Shown piece after piece: positions 1-11,940 of a stretch of DNA of 64,000 nucleotides (positions are counted from its first letter, which is position 1; the number at the start of each line of letters is the position of its first letter). This DNA comes from Octopus sinensis (taxonomy: Eukaryota). The notes under the pieces are model-generated. The model was not told the DNA's origin and made no database searches. It saw nothing but the letters and a program-made list of their open reading frames with translations. The position numbers were made by a program, and so were the translations under genes. The stretch lies in the NCBI RefSeq assembly GCF_006345805.1, contig NC_043001.1, positions 34,844,001 through 34,908,000 of the forward strand, given 5' to 3'.

Positions 1-574
1 AGGGAACAAATTTCGCGATCCGTTGCTGCTTGATCAACTCCGATTGGCGAGCAACTTGATGTAAAAAGACTCAAAAACCTACATAAGATTACTGCCAATG
101 CACCCCAATTCATTTTAATTGTTCAATTTTATTCTGATTTTAAAAACAGAATCCCAATGGGAAAATGACAGGGACCCTTTATGCAGTACTTCTCGGTTCA
201 CTTCGGCTGTGTGATGTTTGTAAAGGGGCAGAGAGAAGATTATTTCTTAGAAGACTTTCTAAGTAGTCGCACAACATACAAAACATATTGGTTAAATTTG
301 ACTAAAATCAAAGCCTTCCAGCTTCGAGACAAAGGACACCGGGAATAATGTTGCCTTGGGTGTTCTATGTCTAAGATATAAGGACGAAATAGACGCGGGT
401 GGAATTTCTTTGAACATCAATCTGTGAAGTCTGTTCTGATCCAGAGTGTAGTGTCAATGAATCCTGAAGCTGATTAACGATATTTTAGTTATTTTTTCTG
501 TATTCCTATTCTCATTACCACCACTCCCTCCACTCCTCATTTAATATTTTCATTCACCGAATCTTATACATTTC

Positions 575-663
<89 letters not shown>

Positions 664-741
664 CGTCTGTCTGTCTATCTGTCTGCCTGTCTATCTATCT
701 ACCTCTCTCTCTCCACCTCTCTCTCTCTCTCTCTCTCTCTA
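575..741. repeat. (CTAT)n/(CTGT)n/(CT)n compound microsatellite
   Basis: Direct tetranucleotide and dinucleotide tandem runs. Confidence 0.95.
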
Positions 742-1012
742 GTTTTCTGTGTGCCAGTCGGTTTGTCTGTCACATTAAATATGCATAATATATCTTTGGA
801 TCAAAACAATCGTAGTGGTTCTGAATAAAAGTTTCGTGAATTCCATTTTCTTTCTCTCATATTTTTACATGCTCTAAAAACACAAAGGAATTCCTAAAGT
901 AATTCTAGTGGCGTACACTTCCATACTGTTTTTCACATCAGGTAGCCGAGTACAGTGAACCGGCTTTAAACAGCATACTACAAAGTCTATACCCGAATAT
1001 AAAATTATTACT

Positions 1013-1111
1013 TATGTATGTATGTATGTATGTATGTATGTATGTATATATGTATGTATGTATGTATGTATGTGTGTATGTATGTATCAATATATCTATC
1101 TATGTATCTAT

Positions 1112-1207
<96 letters not shown>

Positions 1208-1222
1208 TTATCTATCTATCTA
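1013..1222. repeat. (TATG)n + (TATC)n compound microsatellite
   Basis: Direct tandem runs; the source of the spurious MYVC/YLSI ORFs. Confidence 0.95.
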
Positions 1223-1319
1223 GTTAATCCAAGCATGAACAAAGAGAAAACACAAAAACGCGAGGACGTGGAACAAGTATAGTGTTATTGGACTCTCAAG
1301 AAAAGAAAGAAAGAAGGAG

Positions 1320-1356
1320 GATTTAGCGTTTCGAGTGGAGCTCTTCGTCAGAAACA
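1320..1356 (-). ncRNA. Degenerate minimal hammerhead-ribozyme-like motif in a Penelope-type repeat fragment
   Basis: Minus strand reads TTT-CTGACGA-a-GAG-ctcca-CTC-GAAAC-GCT-AAA: both core boxes, a 3-bp stem II and a TTT/AAA stem I; the cleavage triplet is mutated (GCT). Confidence 0.5.
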
Positions 1357-1426
1357 TAGAAGGAAAGGCCCAAGGAAGGGAAGACGGAGAAAGAGAATCG
1401 CCAACGATACATGCGCGGTCATATAT

Positions 1427-1508
1427 CTACCTACCTACCCACCAACCTACTTACCAACCTACCTACCTACCTACCTACCTACCTACCTACCTACCTACCT
1501 ACCTACCT
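1427..1508. repeat. (CTAC)n microsatellite
   Basis: Direct tandem run. Confidence 0.95.
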
Positions 1509-2728
1509 GATTTATCTGAATCTCTTATCTGCCTTTCCGAACAACTCTCACTTCGATATCAAGCATGAATTGCTCCCTCTCCCACCTCTCATTTTCTATC
1601 TTTATTCTTCTTACTAAGATACTTTTAATTTTTATACTTCTTTCATTTTAACACCTCACCGCCTTCATCAAATCTCCCCTGTATGGCTGCTGTACATCTC
1701 TCTCTCTCTCTCTCTTATTCGCTCTCTACATCATTTTCTCTGCACCTCTCATCAAACTCTGTATTAATTCTGAGTACCTTTAATATCTTTGTTTCACCCA
1801 ACACAATCAATCTCCTCCATCTATCTATATATTTATCTATCTAATCCTTCAGTGATTATAATAATTTCCTTCTGGCTATTTTAGCTCTCTCAGCCCTATA
1901 GACTACTTCTAGCGTGAAAGATCGAAGAAAACCAACATATATATGAAGCAAGTTCACGTGACAATAATCTCGCATTTCTAGAAAAAAGTTTGTTCCGAAT
2001 ATCACAGTTGATATCGCTCCATATCACTAAAGCTTACCTTATATTACAAGTGCTATTAGCTGATATTTTTTCTAACGTGCACCATCATTAATTTTCGCGA
2101 GTCGGACTAATAATCTGAGAGATATTTTTCCTTTCAAAACAAGAAACGGTTGTCTGTATTACTATTAATCGAACTTAATGATCCATTCACATTTTTTGGT
2201 CACAAGATATGAATGTATTGTAATGCAGGCAACGTGTAACTATATTCAATTTACTGGTAAAAATCTTTTCGTTATTTTTTTGTAAATGATGAAAATAAAA
2301 GTTGTCATAATTGCGGTTAGCATTGAATGAATACGCATTTGTCAGTGTGCAGCGCTCTTCATTGTAGGCTTTCGGTTAAGCATTGATTTTACCGAATTTA
2401 ATGCTTTTCTTATCGGTAATTGTACGCAATCATTCATGTCTCTTCTAACATACCAATAATTTTTATCTCTTCTTCACTCTCTGACTTCTCTCATTATATT
2501 TCTACTTTCATTGCTCATCTTTTTTAATTTCCCTCAGTGCTCTTACTTTTTCAATACTTATACTCACCAAGCATTTCCTTGTAATTTCTAATACCGATAG
2601 ACGAGAGAGAAAAATATAACACAAAAAGAATATAATCAGAGATGGATATTAGATAAGGAAAATAGAGTTATTTTTGGCGTAAGTACCTAAACAAATATAT
2701 CCCTCTATAAAAATATATTGCTTGCTAG

Positions 2729-2764
<36 letters not shown>

Positions 2765-3110
2765 GCATATTCATATATCTATTCATACGAAGATATATTT
2801 CGTAGATATATACAAACTAGCTTCAACATAATACATATATCTATTTGCCTTCATATGTACAATCGAAGATATATATACTATATATGTATGTTTCTGTCAC
2901 AAATGTAATATATGTATTGTAGGGTATATATCTAAACTAAATTAACATTGAGTATATAGTTATTTTTGACAGAAAAATCGTTTTTCTGTATTATTGTAAT
3001 AAATGGTATGTACGAATGTGTTACATTTGAAATTAATGTCTCTGTACCGGGTCATAACTCGTTTTTTTTAAAACACCGATCACCTTTCTTAAAATTCTTA
3101 CTGTTCCCAG

Positions 3111-3331
3111 TACTCTTTTACTTGTTTCAGTCATTTGGCTGTGGCCATGCTGGAGCACTGCCTTTAGTCGAGCAAATCGACCCCAGAACTTATTCTTTGT
3201 AAGCCTAGTACTTATTCTATCAGTCTCTTTTTGCCGAACCGCTAAGTTACGGGGAAGTAATCACACCACCATCGGTTGTGAAGCGATGATGGGGGAAGGG
3301 GGAACACAGACACACAAACATATACACGCAC

Positions 3332-3373
<42 letters not shown>

Positions 3374-3540
3374 GTATATATATGTATATATATACGACGG
3401 GCTTTTTTCAGTTTCCGTCTACCAAATCCACTCACAAGGCTTTGGTCGGCCCGGGGCTATAGTAGAAGACACTTGTCCAAGGTGCCACGCAGTGGGACTG
3501 AACCCGAAACCATGTGGTTCGTAAGCAAGCTACTTACCAC
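3111..3540 (-). mobile_element. SINE family A (tRNA-like head, CORE-like centre, internal TA/CA microsatellite), near full length
   Basis: Reverse complement of the copies at 21938, 59228 and 63381; contains the CORE-like CCTTGGACAAGTGTCTT and the tail GCATGGCCACAGCCAAATGACTGAAAC. Confidence 0.9.
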
Positions 3541-3851
3541 CCGAGAAGGTTTCTGTACTAATGGAACACGTGTTTGTAATTTCACTAGCCTAAATAAAGA
3601 AACTACCAAATCTGTTGGTGACGGTACTTAGAAAAGCTATTACAATGGTGATTATTTTTGTAGAAATCCTCAAGCAGAAAGCTAGCAGCATCGTTGGCAC
3701 CCCGGACAAAATGCTTAGCTTCTTTGTATTATGCCTTCATATACCAGCAACGCCGACATTGTTTTGGTCGTTTAGGTGTTGTTAAAATAGGAACTGTTGT
3801 AATCGATATTTCCCCTTTAAAACTTGATCGCCTTGTGCCAGAGTTTGAAAC

Positions 3852-3978
3852 TGTTGTTGTTGTTATTATTATTGTTGTTGTTGTTGTTGTTGTTATTGTT
3901 ATTATTGTCGTTGTTGTTGTTGTTGTCTTTGCACAGCATCGTTTGATTTCTTTCTCAATAATAATAATAATAATAATA

Positions 3979-4026
<48 letters not shown>

Positions 4027-4042
4027 TAATAATAATAATAAT
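3852..4042. repeat. (GTT)n and (AAT)n trinucleotide microsatellites
   Basis: Direct tandem runs at about 3852-3925 and 3957-4042. Confidence 0.95.
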
Positions 4043-4050
4043 CATTATTA

Positions 4051-4616
4051 TAGATGTTTTCGATCTAGTTTGGATTCTTCGCCATCAAATTTGAAATCTT
4101 TGCAATCAAATTTGAATTTTTCAATTGCCGCTCAAGCCTTGAAAAAAAATAAAGAGAGTTAAACTACATCGGCCGTAAGGGAATACATGTGTATCTTATC
4201 TAACTCATCCAGTAGAGCCGACTAATTGATATCTAAAAAGTTCGATGAAATAACTCATGAACACGGCGATAGCTTCTACCAAAAGATGCTCCGTTACATC
4301 GAACGATCTGAACAAGGGGAGAACATAAACGAATGATTAGTTTTCTATTATCTTCCCTTGTCAGACCGGTCGACGTAACGGAGCATCTTTTGGTAGAAGC
4401 TATCGCAGTGTTCATGAGTTATTTCATCGAACTTTTCAGATATCAATTAGTGGGTTCTACTGGATGAGTTAGATAAGATACACATGTATTCCCTTACGGC
4501 TGATGTAGTTTAACTCTCTTTTTTTTTCAAGGCTTGAGCACCAATTGAAAAATTTAAATTTGATTGCAAATAATTCAATTTGACGGCAAAGAATCCAATT
4601 AGATCGAAAACATCTA
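4051..4616. mobile_element. Foldback/MITE-like palindromic element, about 270-bp inverted arms
   Basis: Starts TAGATGTTTTCGATCTA and ends TAGATCGAAAACATCTA; the arms are reverse complements through to about 4322/4350 with scattered mismatches. Confidence 0.85.
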
Positions 4617-4619
4617 TAT

Positions 4620-6500
4620 TTATTATTCAGTAGTTTTATTTTTATAACGTGCTTACACTTCACTACCGAGCGCAGCTCTGTGTGCCTTGGGTATATGCTG
4701 TGGTTTGCTGTGATGCTCTTATGGTTACTGTATTGAAAGTAGTTTGCGTAGGATGTGTGCAGTGCCCAGTAGTGCAATTTTCTGTATGTTATATATATTT
4801 GTAAGTCCTGGTGTTTTTTGCTATGTATTTGTCTCAATATTTTTTTATCATAGCTAATGCACCCACTATGATAGGAATTGTTTCTGATTTTAGATTCCAC
4901 ATTCGATTTACCTCTATTTCCAGGTCTTTGTATTTTGAAAGTTTCTCCATTTTTTTAGAGAAACGTTTGTCATCAGCTGGTATTGATACAACAATTAGAA
5001 AGCATTTTTTCTTCATGACCTCTGACAACTATATCTAGCCTTATTTACATTATTTACATTTTGACGGATTTTGTCCTCATCTTGTTTGTTGTTAACACAA
5101 CGTTTCGGTTGATATACCCTCCAGCCTTCATCAGGCGTATTGGGGAAATTTCGAACCTGGGTTCTCATTCCTAAGGTATTTTTCGATGTTGTTGTTGATG
5201 TTATTATATATTAAATAATGTACATAGTTCCTCATCTCTTAAATATAGAACTGTATATCTGGCCTATTCGCCTTAATTTCTCTGTCTGTGTGTATTGGCA
5301 TATGCTAATGTTATCACTGAATTGTTTAACAATTGCTAGTAATCCCTGTAGTTGTTGGTCATTTATCACAAAGGCTCTAAATCATTCATGTAAAAGAGAT
5401 GATTTATATTTTTATCAGACATTTTATAGCAATATTGTACACCATCGAGCAATTTCGAGAGAGGTATTAAGGCTACACAAAAGAGGACTGGTGATGGAGA
5501 GTCACCATGGAAAATTCCACATTGAATTTTTACATCTCCAGCATTGAGAGATTCATTGTCACTGTTCAAAGTCAGTGTCATTCTCCATGATCTCATACTT
5601 ACAGACAATAAGTTTTGTAGAAAAGGTGCAATTCTATACACTTCCAGACATTGCTTAATCCAGATATGTGGTAGACTATCAAAAGCTTTTTTATAGTCTA
5701 TCCAGGCTATCGACAAGATTTTTGCGTCGTGTGTGGCAATCTTCCAAGATCATCTTGCTGATGAGTAGCTGATCATTACAACCATAGGACTCACATTTAA
5801 ATCATTAACTAGCCGAGAGGGAATCATACTAGGTTGTTGCAAAACATTGTTGTAAAGTTTTGTTAGCAGTTTATGTCTCTCTGTGAAGGCATTCAACTAG
5901 AAGTTAGGAATTTTATCCTTTCCTGGGGATTTCCATTTGCTTGACTTCCTGATACCTTGATACCCTCCCACTTTTGCTCCTCTAAGGAGTCTAAGTCAGT
6001 AGATATTCTATCAATCGAAGGCGCCCTTTTACTTCTGCCCAAACTTTATTCCAAAATTCCTGCACTTCTTCTTTTGATGGAACGGACTTTACTTTAACTG
6101 GTATTTTCCTTATCTTCCTGTAAAAGTTTATGGGGTTATTTTTGAACATGTTGTCTTTGAAGAATCTAAAACGCCTTTCAAACCGTGATATGCGGGCAGC
6201 TTTAGCACATACATTTTGCTTGGTTTCGATGGTGGCATCGATGTCAAGTATGGTTTTTATATTATACTTTTTTTTTAATTTTCGGATTTTTGTGAGTTTA
6301 ATAGTTTTGTCAAACTAAAGGTTTTTTAAACATTCTATGTCAGACCTTAGTAGCTGAATTTTGTGTCGAATACATTCTTCTGGGAATGTTTTCGTTTTCT
6401 AATCATTTCACCACATACAATCGTTGAAATCTTCGCGGAGGCATAGTACAGGTGATTGATATCTGTAATATCAACATTATTAGCTGAAATTATGTCCTTA
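4620..6500 (-). mobile_element. Decayed R4/Dong-like non-LTR retrotransposon (RT + restriction-like endonuclease), 5'-truncated and internally deleted
   Basis: RT motifs WKSPGKDKIPNF, SYGCNDQLLISKMILED, AWIDYKKAFDSLPH, GIFHGDSPSP and INHLFYMND; C-terminal FLIVVSIP..EKLSKYKDLEIEV..W...IIVGAL and QKIALLGTAHILRK. Multiple stops and frameshifts. Confidence 0.85.
5095..5140 (-). ncRNA. Minimal type I hammerhead-ribozyme-like motif (best preserved in the window)
   Basis: Minus strand reads ACGC-CTGATGA-a-GGCTG-gagggtatat-CAACC-GAAAC-GTT-GTGT: intact CUGAUGA and GAAAC boxes, a 5-bp stem II with one mismatch, a palindromic ACGT stem III and a 4-bp stem I. Confidence 0.6.
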
Positions 6501-6546
6501 TGTGCAAGGCGGATTTAACCAATTACTTTCAGGTTTTGGTTAGAGT

Positions 6547-6580
<34 letters not shown>

Positions 6581-6791
6581 TGTGTGGCGCGCTTCAGGTC
6601 ACCTTTGTGGTTGCCGTATTCATATTTTCTGGTTTATTTTTCTTGTTCTGTTTTGTTATTTTTATACTTTTTGCTATTACTTATCGATATACCTCTCTCG
6701 TTCATTTTACTTCTTCTCAGTCCTTGTTTTATGGATATAGTTTCTCTGGTACTTCTGACCAAGAAAAAGAAATTCTTCTTATTGTTATTGG

Positions 6792-7020
6792 TAAGGCTGC
6801 CAGCTGGCAGAATCTTCAGCACGCTGGGCAAGATGCTTCACTCGCGGCATTTCGTCCGTCTTTACGCTGTGAGTTCAAATTCCACCGAGGTCGAGTTTGA
6901 CTTTCATCCTTTCGGAGTCGATAAATTAAGTACCAGTGAAACACTGGGGTAGATGTAATCGTCTAGTCCCCCAGACAAGTAAATTCCTGGCCTTCGTGCT
7001 TAAAGTAGAAAGGATTATTA
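6792..7020 (+). mobile_element. SINE family B, single-module copy
   Basis: Head GCTGGCAGAATC..AGCACGC, module GAGTTCAAATTCC..GAGGTCGA..CTTTCATCCTTTCGGAGTCGATAAATTAAGTACC, tail GGCCTTCGTGCTTAAAGTAGAAAGG; homologous to more than 12 other copies in the window. Confidence 0.85.
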
Positions 7021-7194
7021 TTGTCGTTGATGATGTTGATACTGATGATCATGCTGTTTTGTTCTTAAAGATGATAGCAAAACAGATACCAAATATTACA
7101 TCTATTATTATTGATATTTTTTTATTGTGATTATGATCGTACAGCAAAACCGCATTATCCCTCTCCTCCTCCTCATCATTATCAACATGGTTAC

Positions 7195-7454
7195 TATTGG
7201 GTTGGTGCATAATTATTGCGGCTTTTTTTTCAACAAATTGTAATCAACAAAAACAATAACAATATTTAACACAAATATTTTTAAATGACGGTCTGATCGT
7301 CTGCCAAGCAAATGAGATTCAGTAATTGAAGTAGATGGTGAATATGCTTCGGAATAATCATTAAAAGATGTTTTTGTTACATGTTGTTATTGCTTTTGTT
7401 GAATGCAATTACTTGAAAAAAAAAAAGCCGCAATAATTGTGCACCAGTCCAATA
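7195..7454. mobile_element. Mariner-type MITE
   Basis: Terminal inverted repeats (TIRs) TATTGGGTTGGTGCATAATTATTGCGGCTTTT and AAAAGCCGCAATAATTGTGCACCAGTCCAATA with TA ends; resemble Hsmar1/MADE1-type TIRs. Confidence 0.85.
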
Positions 7455-7886
7455 TCATCAGCAGCGTGTCTGTAATAATTTTAAATTTATCTACTACATT
7501 TTTTAAACGAAACACATAAAGAACTGTATTATATTAATGTCCGCATCATTGCTGATTTTGTATAATATAAGCAAAAACAAACACAGACGTTACTTTAACG
7601 GATTTCAAAATTGTGATTTAAAAAATATGTGAAAAATATGATAGAACTGATAACTAATTCTACAAAAAAATAATATATAAAATAGAGTGCTAAAATATTT
7701 ATTTAAAAAATCATTCATTTGCGTCAGAATTTTCTGATAAAGTAATCCGTTTTTCTGATTTTTTTGTTTGCTTTCTAGAAGACAAATATATCTTCTTTCA
7801 CAAGTTTTGTTAGTCTCCGTGCTACTCACACACTCCTGCTGTCTCTGCCCCTGACTCTCTCTGTCTCTGTCTCCCTCTTCACTTCC

Positions 7887-7887
<1 letters not shown>

Positions 7888-7956
<69 letters not shown>

Positions 7957-8071
7957 TATATACATATATATATAATACATATATATATATTCATCACTTT
8001 AAAACATAAATACTTGCTTACATACGCGCATATGGAAGTATACATATTCATACATATACATGTATATGTAC

Positions 8072-8108
<37 letters not shown>

Positions 8109-8127
8109 TATATATATATATATACTT

Positions 8128-8158
<31 letters not shown>

Positions 8159-8170
8159 CATATACATATA

Positions 8171-8209
<39 letters not shown>

Positions 8210-8330
8210 TATATATGTATGGATATATACATGCACACACACACACACACACATACACACGTATATATATATATATAAATATGCACACACATGCACACAG
8301 ACACATACAGAACCACACACACAAACATCA
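7888..8330. repeat. (CT)n/(TA)n/(CA)n compound microsatellite
   Basis: Direct dinucleotide runs. Confidence 0.9.
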
Positions 8331-8819
8331 TATAAAACTTTGTGTGATGGGGCGCATGCGTATATGTGTGTGTCTGCTTCTGTATATGTAAATATGTGCC
8401 CACAAATGCATTCATAGTTTACAGCTACAAATCAAAATAAATCTATATACTTTCTCCATATATTTTAAATGATGGATGGTAATATTTTTATATTTGGCAA
8501 ATGCCTTTCGCTAAAATTGCAACTTTTTGTTGCCAACATATACTAGCCGTATCTCACATGGTATGTATTTTGTTCGCGGACATTAACATATACATAAGTC
8601 TATGCATAAAACACCACACAGATACCATACATGTATGTACATACATATATACATATACATATGCACAGAACCGTTTATGTATGTCAGCATGCATGCATGT
8701 ATGTGTGTGTATGTATGTAGGTGTATATATATATATATATATGTATGAATGCATGTGTGCATGTATGTATGCTTGCATGGGTATGTTTGTTTGTATATGC
8801 CTATGTAAATATGTTTTCT

Positions 8820-9003
8820 CTTATTGTTTTACTTGTTTCGGTCAGTTGACTACGGCCATGATGAAACCCTGACTTTAAGGGATTTTCAATCACAGAAATT
8901 GACCTCAGGACTTATTTTTATAAGCCTAGTACGTATTCTATCGGTGGGTCTTTCGCCGAACCGGTAGGTTACGAGAACTTAAACACACCAATATCGATTA
9001 TCA
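8820..9003 (-). mobile_element. SINE family A, 3' half, diverged
   Basis: Homology to the A-family 3' body and tail (CTTGTTTCGGTCAGTTGACTACGGCCATG on +). Confidence 0.75.
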
Positions 9004-9055
9004 AATACAGACAGACATACACACACATACATACATGCATACATACATACATACA

Positions 9056-9113
<58 letters not shown>

Positions 9114-9199
9114 TCAGTCGCCATTATAGACCGTTAGCCACAACACACATTTTTTTCTCTCCTTGTTTATCTCCTTGTTTCTCTCCTTGTTTTTTCTGT

Positions 9200-9240
9200 G
9201 TTCCTTTCTGTAGAAGAGTGTAGGCTCGAAACGTAAAGAC
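9200..9240 (+). ncRNA. Degenerate hammerhead-like motif in a Penelope-type repeat fragment
   Basis: CTTT-CTGTAGA-a-GAG-tgtagg-CTC-GAAAC-GTA-AAG; the first core box deviates (CTGTAGA). Confidence 0.4.
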
Positions 9241-9712
9241 ATTTTCTATTCCTGAGCCTTATACTAATACATCTGTTTGTTTTGTACACCACCAGTCTTC
9301 GTCTTTTGTATTTTTCGTAAACTCTCCCTATATATATATATATCAATCAGGTCATCCCATAAGTTTTGTCCGAATTTTGAATAAAGAAAGCAAGTGATCA
9401 AATGTCATATTTAAAGTTAAAATATAAGGATAATATCTAATAAAATAATTTATCAAGTAGTCAGCGTGAAAAACCAGCTAAGGGACAAATTAATACACGA
9501 TATATAATTAATTTATTCCTTTTTAAATACATTTATTATATTAAGGGCATTAGTACACGTAAATACCTCACGCTATAAGGGACTCTTAAAGTCAAAACTA
9601 CCTTAATAAATATTCAATGTACCGACAGCGAGGGAATGCAACTTGGATTTCGTCTCTTAAAAACAGATTCAGTTGCAAATCATATGATTTCATAGTTAGT
9701 GTGCATCGTAAT

Positions 9713-9938
9713 TATTAAGATAAAAACTTACTTGGAAAAGGATACGTGGTGTTCGATCATATAATAACATAAATAATATATAAATATAGGCATATATAAA
9801 TATGTGCATATATAAATATATGCATATGTAAATATATGCATATATATGTACATGCATACATATTCATGTATATATACATGCATATTATTATATGATCGAA
9901 TACCGCGCATCCTTTTCCAAGTAAGTTTTATCTTAATA
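9713..9938. mobile_element. MITE-like element with about 55-bp TIRs and a TA/CA-rich spacer
   Basis: ATTAAGATAAAAACTTACTTGGAAAAGGATACGTGGTGTTCGATCATATAATA is the reverse complement (few mismatches) of TATTATATGATCGAATACCGCGCATCCTTTTCCAAGTAAGTTTTATCTTAAT. Confidence 0.75.
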
Positions 9939-10729
9939 CTTACGATGCGCACTCTTCTTCTTTACTATCTATTCTCTGTCTATCTCTCTTCCTCTCTTGC
10001 TCTTCATCTTTTCTGTTTTTCTCTCATACTCTTCCCTATTCTTCTCCTCTCCCCTTCACCGTTCCATCTCTCTCACTCCTCCTCCTCGACTCTCTCGTCG
10101 CTGACGTGGCGAAAGGGAATTCATATTTCTGACTACTATCTTCGCAAAGACTAAACGGGCTTATACTGTCTCTTCATAAGCTCGCCTCCCTAAACGTTTA
10201 GAATAATTTTTCCATCGTCTTGGCTTAACAGTCCTCAACGTTTGTTTTTACTGTTTTGTTCTCATTGTTCTGTCTTTTACTGTTTCTACTTTTTATTGTT
10301 TTTGCTGTTCCGTTCTCACTGTCCTGTTCTTGTTACCATTTTCACCTTCCGCAAAAAATCCCAAATTTTATTTAATTTGATTTGTGGGAAGAACTGTTTC
10401 AACTAAGTCGCGTCTTGTCCTTTCTTTTGAACGGGGAGTAGGTGAAACAAGGACAAATGAAGAGGGGGGATGTTCTTTATGTTGTATGTCTCATTTCTCT
10501 GTTCGTTTTTTCGTTGTCGGATAAAGTTCGTTTCGATGTTTTTGTTTTTATGTTTTCGTTTCTCATTGTATTCAACGTTTTTTTATGTCCCATATATGCC
10601 TGTATATATACATATATATGTAGGTATGTACATATATGTATGTATATATGCATATATTTATATATTATTTATATTATTATATGATCGAGTGCCATGCATC
10701 ATTTTCCAAGTAAGTTTTATTCTACAAAC

Positions 10730-10779
<50 letters not shown>

Positions 10780-10788
<9 letters not shown>

Positions 10789-10978
10789 GTCCCTCATCGC
10801 TTGACAACCGATGTTGGTGTGTTTACATCCCGGTAACTTAGAGGTTCGGCAAAAGGGAGCGATAAGATTAGTACTAGGCTTACAAAGAATAAGACCTGGG
10901 TTGATTTGTTCGACAAAAGGTGATGCTCCAGCATTGCCGTAGTAAAATGACTGAAACAAATAAAAGATTAAAAGAATA
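10780..10978 (+). mobile_element. SINE family A, 3' half
   Basis: CATCGCTTGACAACCGATGTTGGTGTG...ATGACTGAAACAAATAAAAG matches the A consensus. Confidence 0.85.
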
Positions 10979-11129
10979 TGCAATAACTCCTGAAATATGC
11001 ATAAATATTAATACAGAAATATGTATATACACACATAGACTTTTTTTATCTTCTTTACGTTCGCAGTGTTTACGTATACTAAATGCAGTAACTATCAGTG
11101 CTGTCTCTAAATTCTATAGAATAATCGAA

Positions 11130-11460
11130 GGAGTGGCTGTATGGTAAGTAGCTTGCATACCAAACACATGGTTTCGGGCTCAGTCCCACTGCGTGGTAGC
11201 TTGGGCAAGTGTCTTCCACTATAGCTTTGCGCCGACCAAAGCCTTGGGAGTGGGTTTGGTAGACGGTAGCTAAAAGAAGCCCGTCGCATATGTGTGTGTG
11301 TGTCTGTGTCTGTGTTTGATCCCCCAACATCGCTTGGCAACCTATATCGAAAGAATAGGTATTAGGCTAACAAAAAATAAGTCCTGGTGTTGATTTGCTC
11401 GACTAAAGGCAATGCTCCAGTATGGCCGCAGTCAAATGACTGAAACAAGTGAAAGGATAA
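11130..11460 (+). mobile_element. SINE family A, near full length
   Basis: GGAGTGGCTGTATGGTAAGTAGCTTGC head through the CAGTCAAATGACTGAAACAAG tail. Confidence 0.9.
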
Positions 11461-11555
11461 AGCAAAAAAAAAAAATAAAAATAACATTCAATCGAAATGT
11501 GAACACATAGTAGTCACAGAATTGACTTATAAACCTTCAATATGCTTTGTAGTAT

Positions 11556-11940
11556 ATTCTTTTCTACTCTAGGCACAAGGCCCGAAATTTTGAGGGAGTG
11601 CGCCAGTCGATTAGATCTACCCTAGTACACAACTGGTACTTAATTTATCGACACCGAAATGATGAAAGGCAAAGTAGAACTCAGCGGAATTTGATCTCAG
11701 AACGTTAAGAAGAGGAGATACCTATTTCTTTACAATCCACAAGTGGCTAAACACAGAGGGGCCAAAGAAGGACAGACAAACGGATTAAGTCGATTACATC
11801 GACCCCAGTGCGTAACTGGTACTTATTTAATCGACCCTGAAAGGATGGAAGGCAAAGTCGACTTCGGCGGAATTTGGACTCAGAAGGTAGCGGCAGACGA
11901 AATATCGCAAAGCATTTCGCCCAGCGTGCTAACGTTTTGC
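11556..11940 (-). mobile_element. SINE family B, two-module copy
   Basis: Two CCGAAAGGATGAAAGGCAAAGT-type modules separated by the GGCTAAACACAGAGGGG linker; tail CCTTGTGCCTAGAGTAGAAAAGAAT on the minus strand. Confidence 0.85.

Noticed and set aside
1014-1617. ORFs reading MYVC/YLSI/TYLP
   Set aside because: They are translations of tetranucleotide microsatellites. The same applies to the many IYIY, CVCV and HTHT ORFs throughout the window.
9343-9400. CAGGTCATCCCATAAGTT, a possible Tc1/mariner TIR
   Set aside because: No matching inverted partner or transposase remnant was found nearby.
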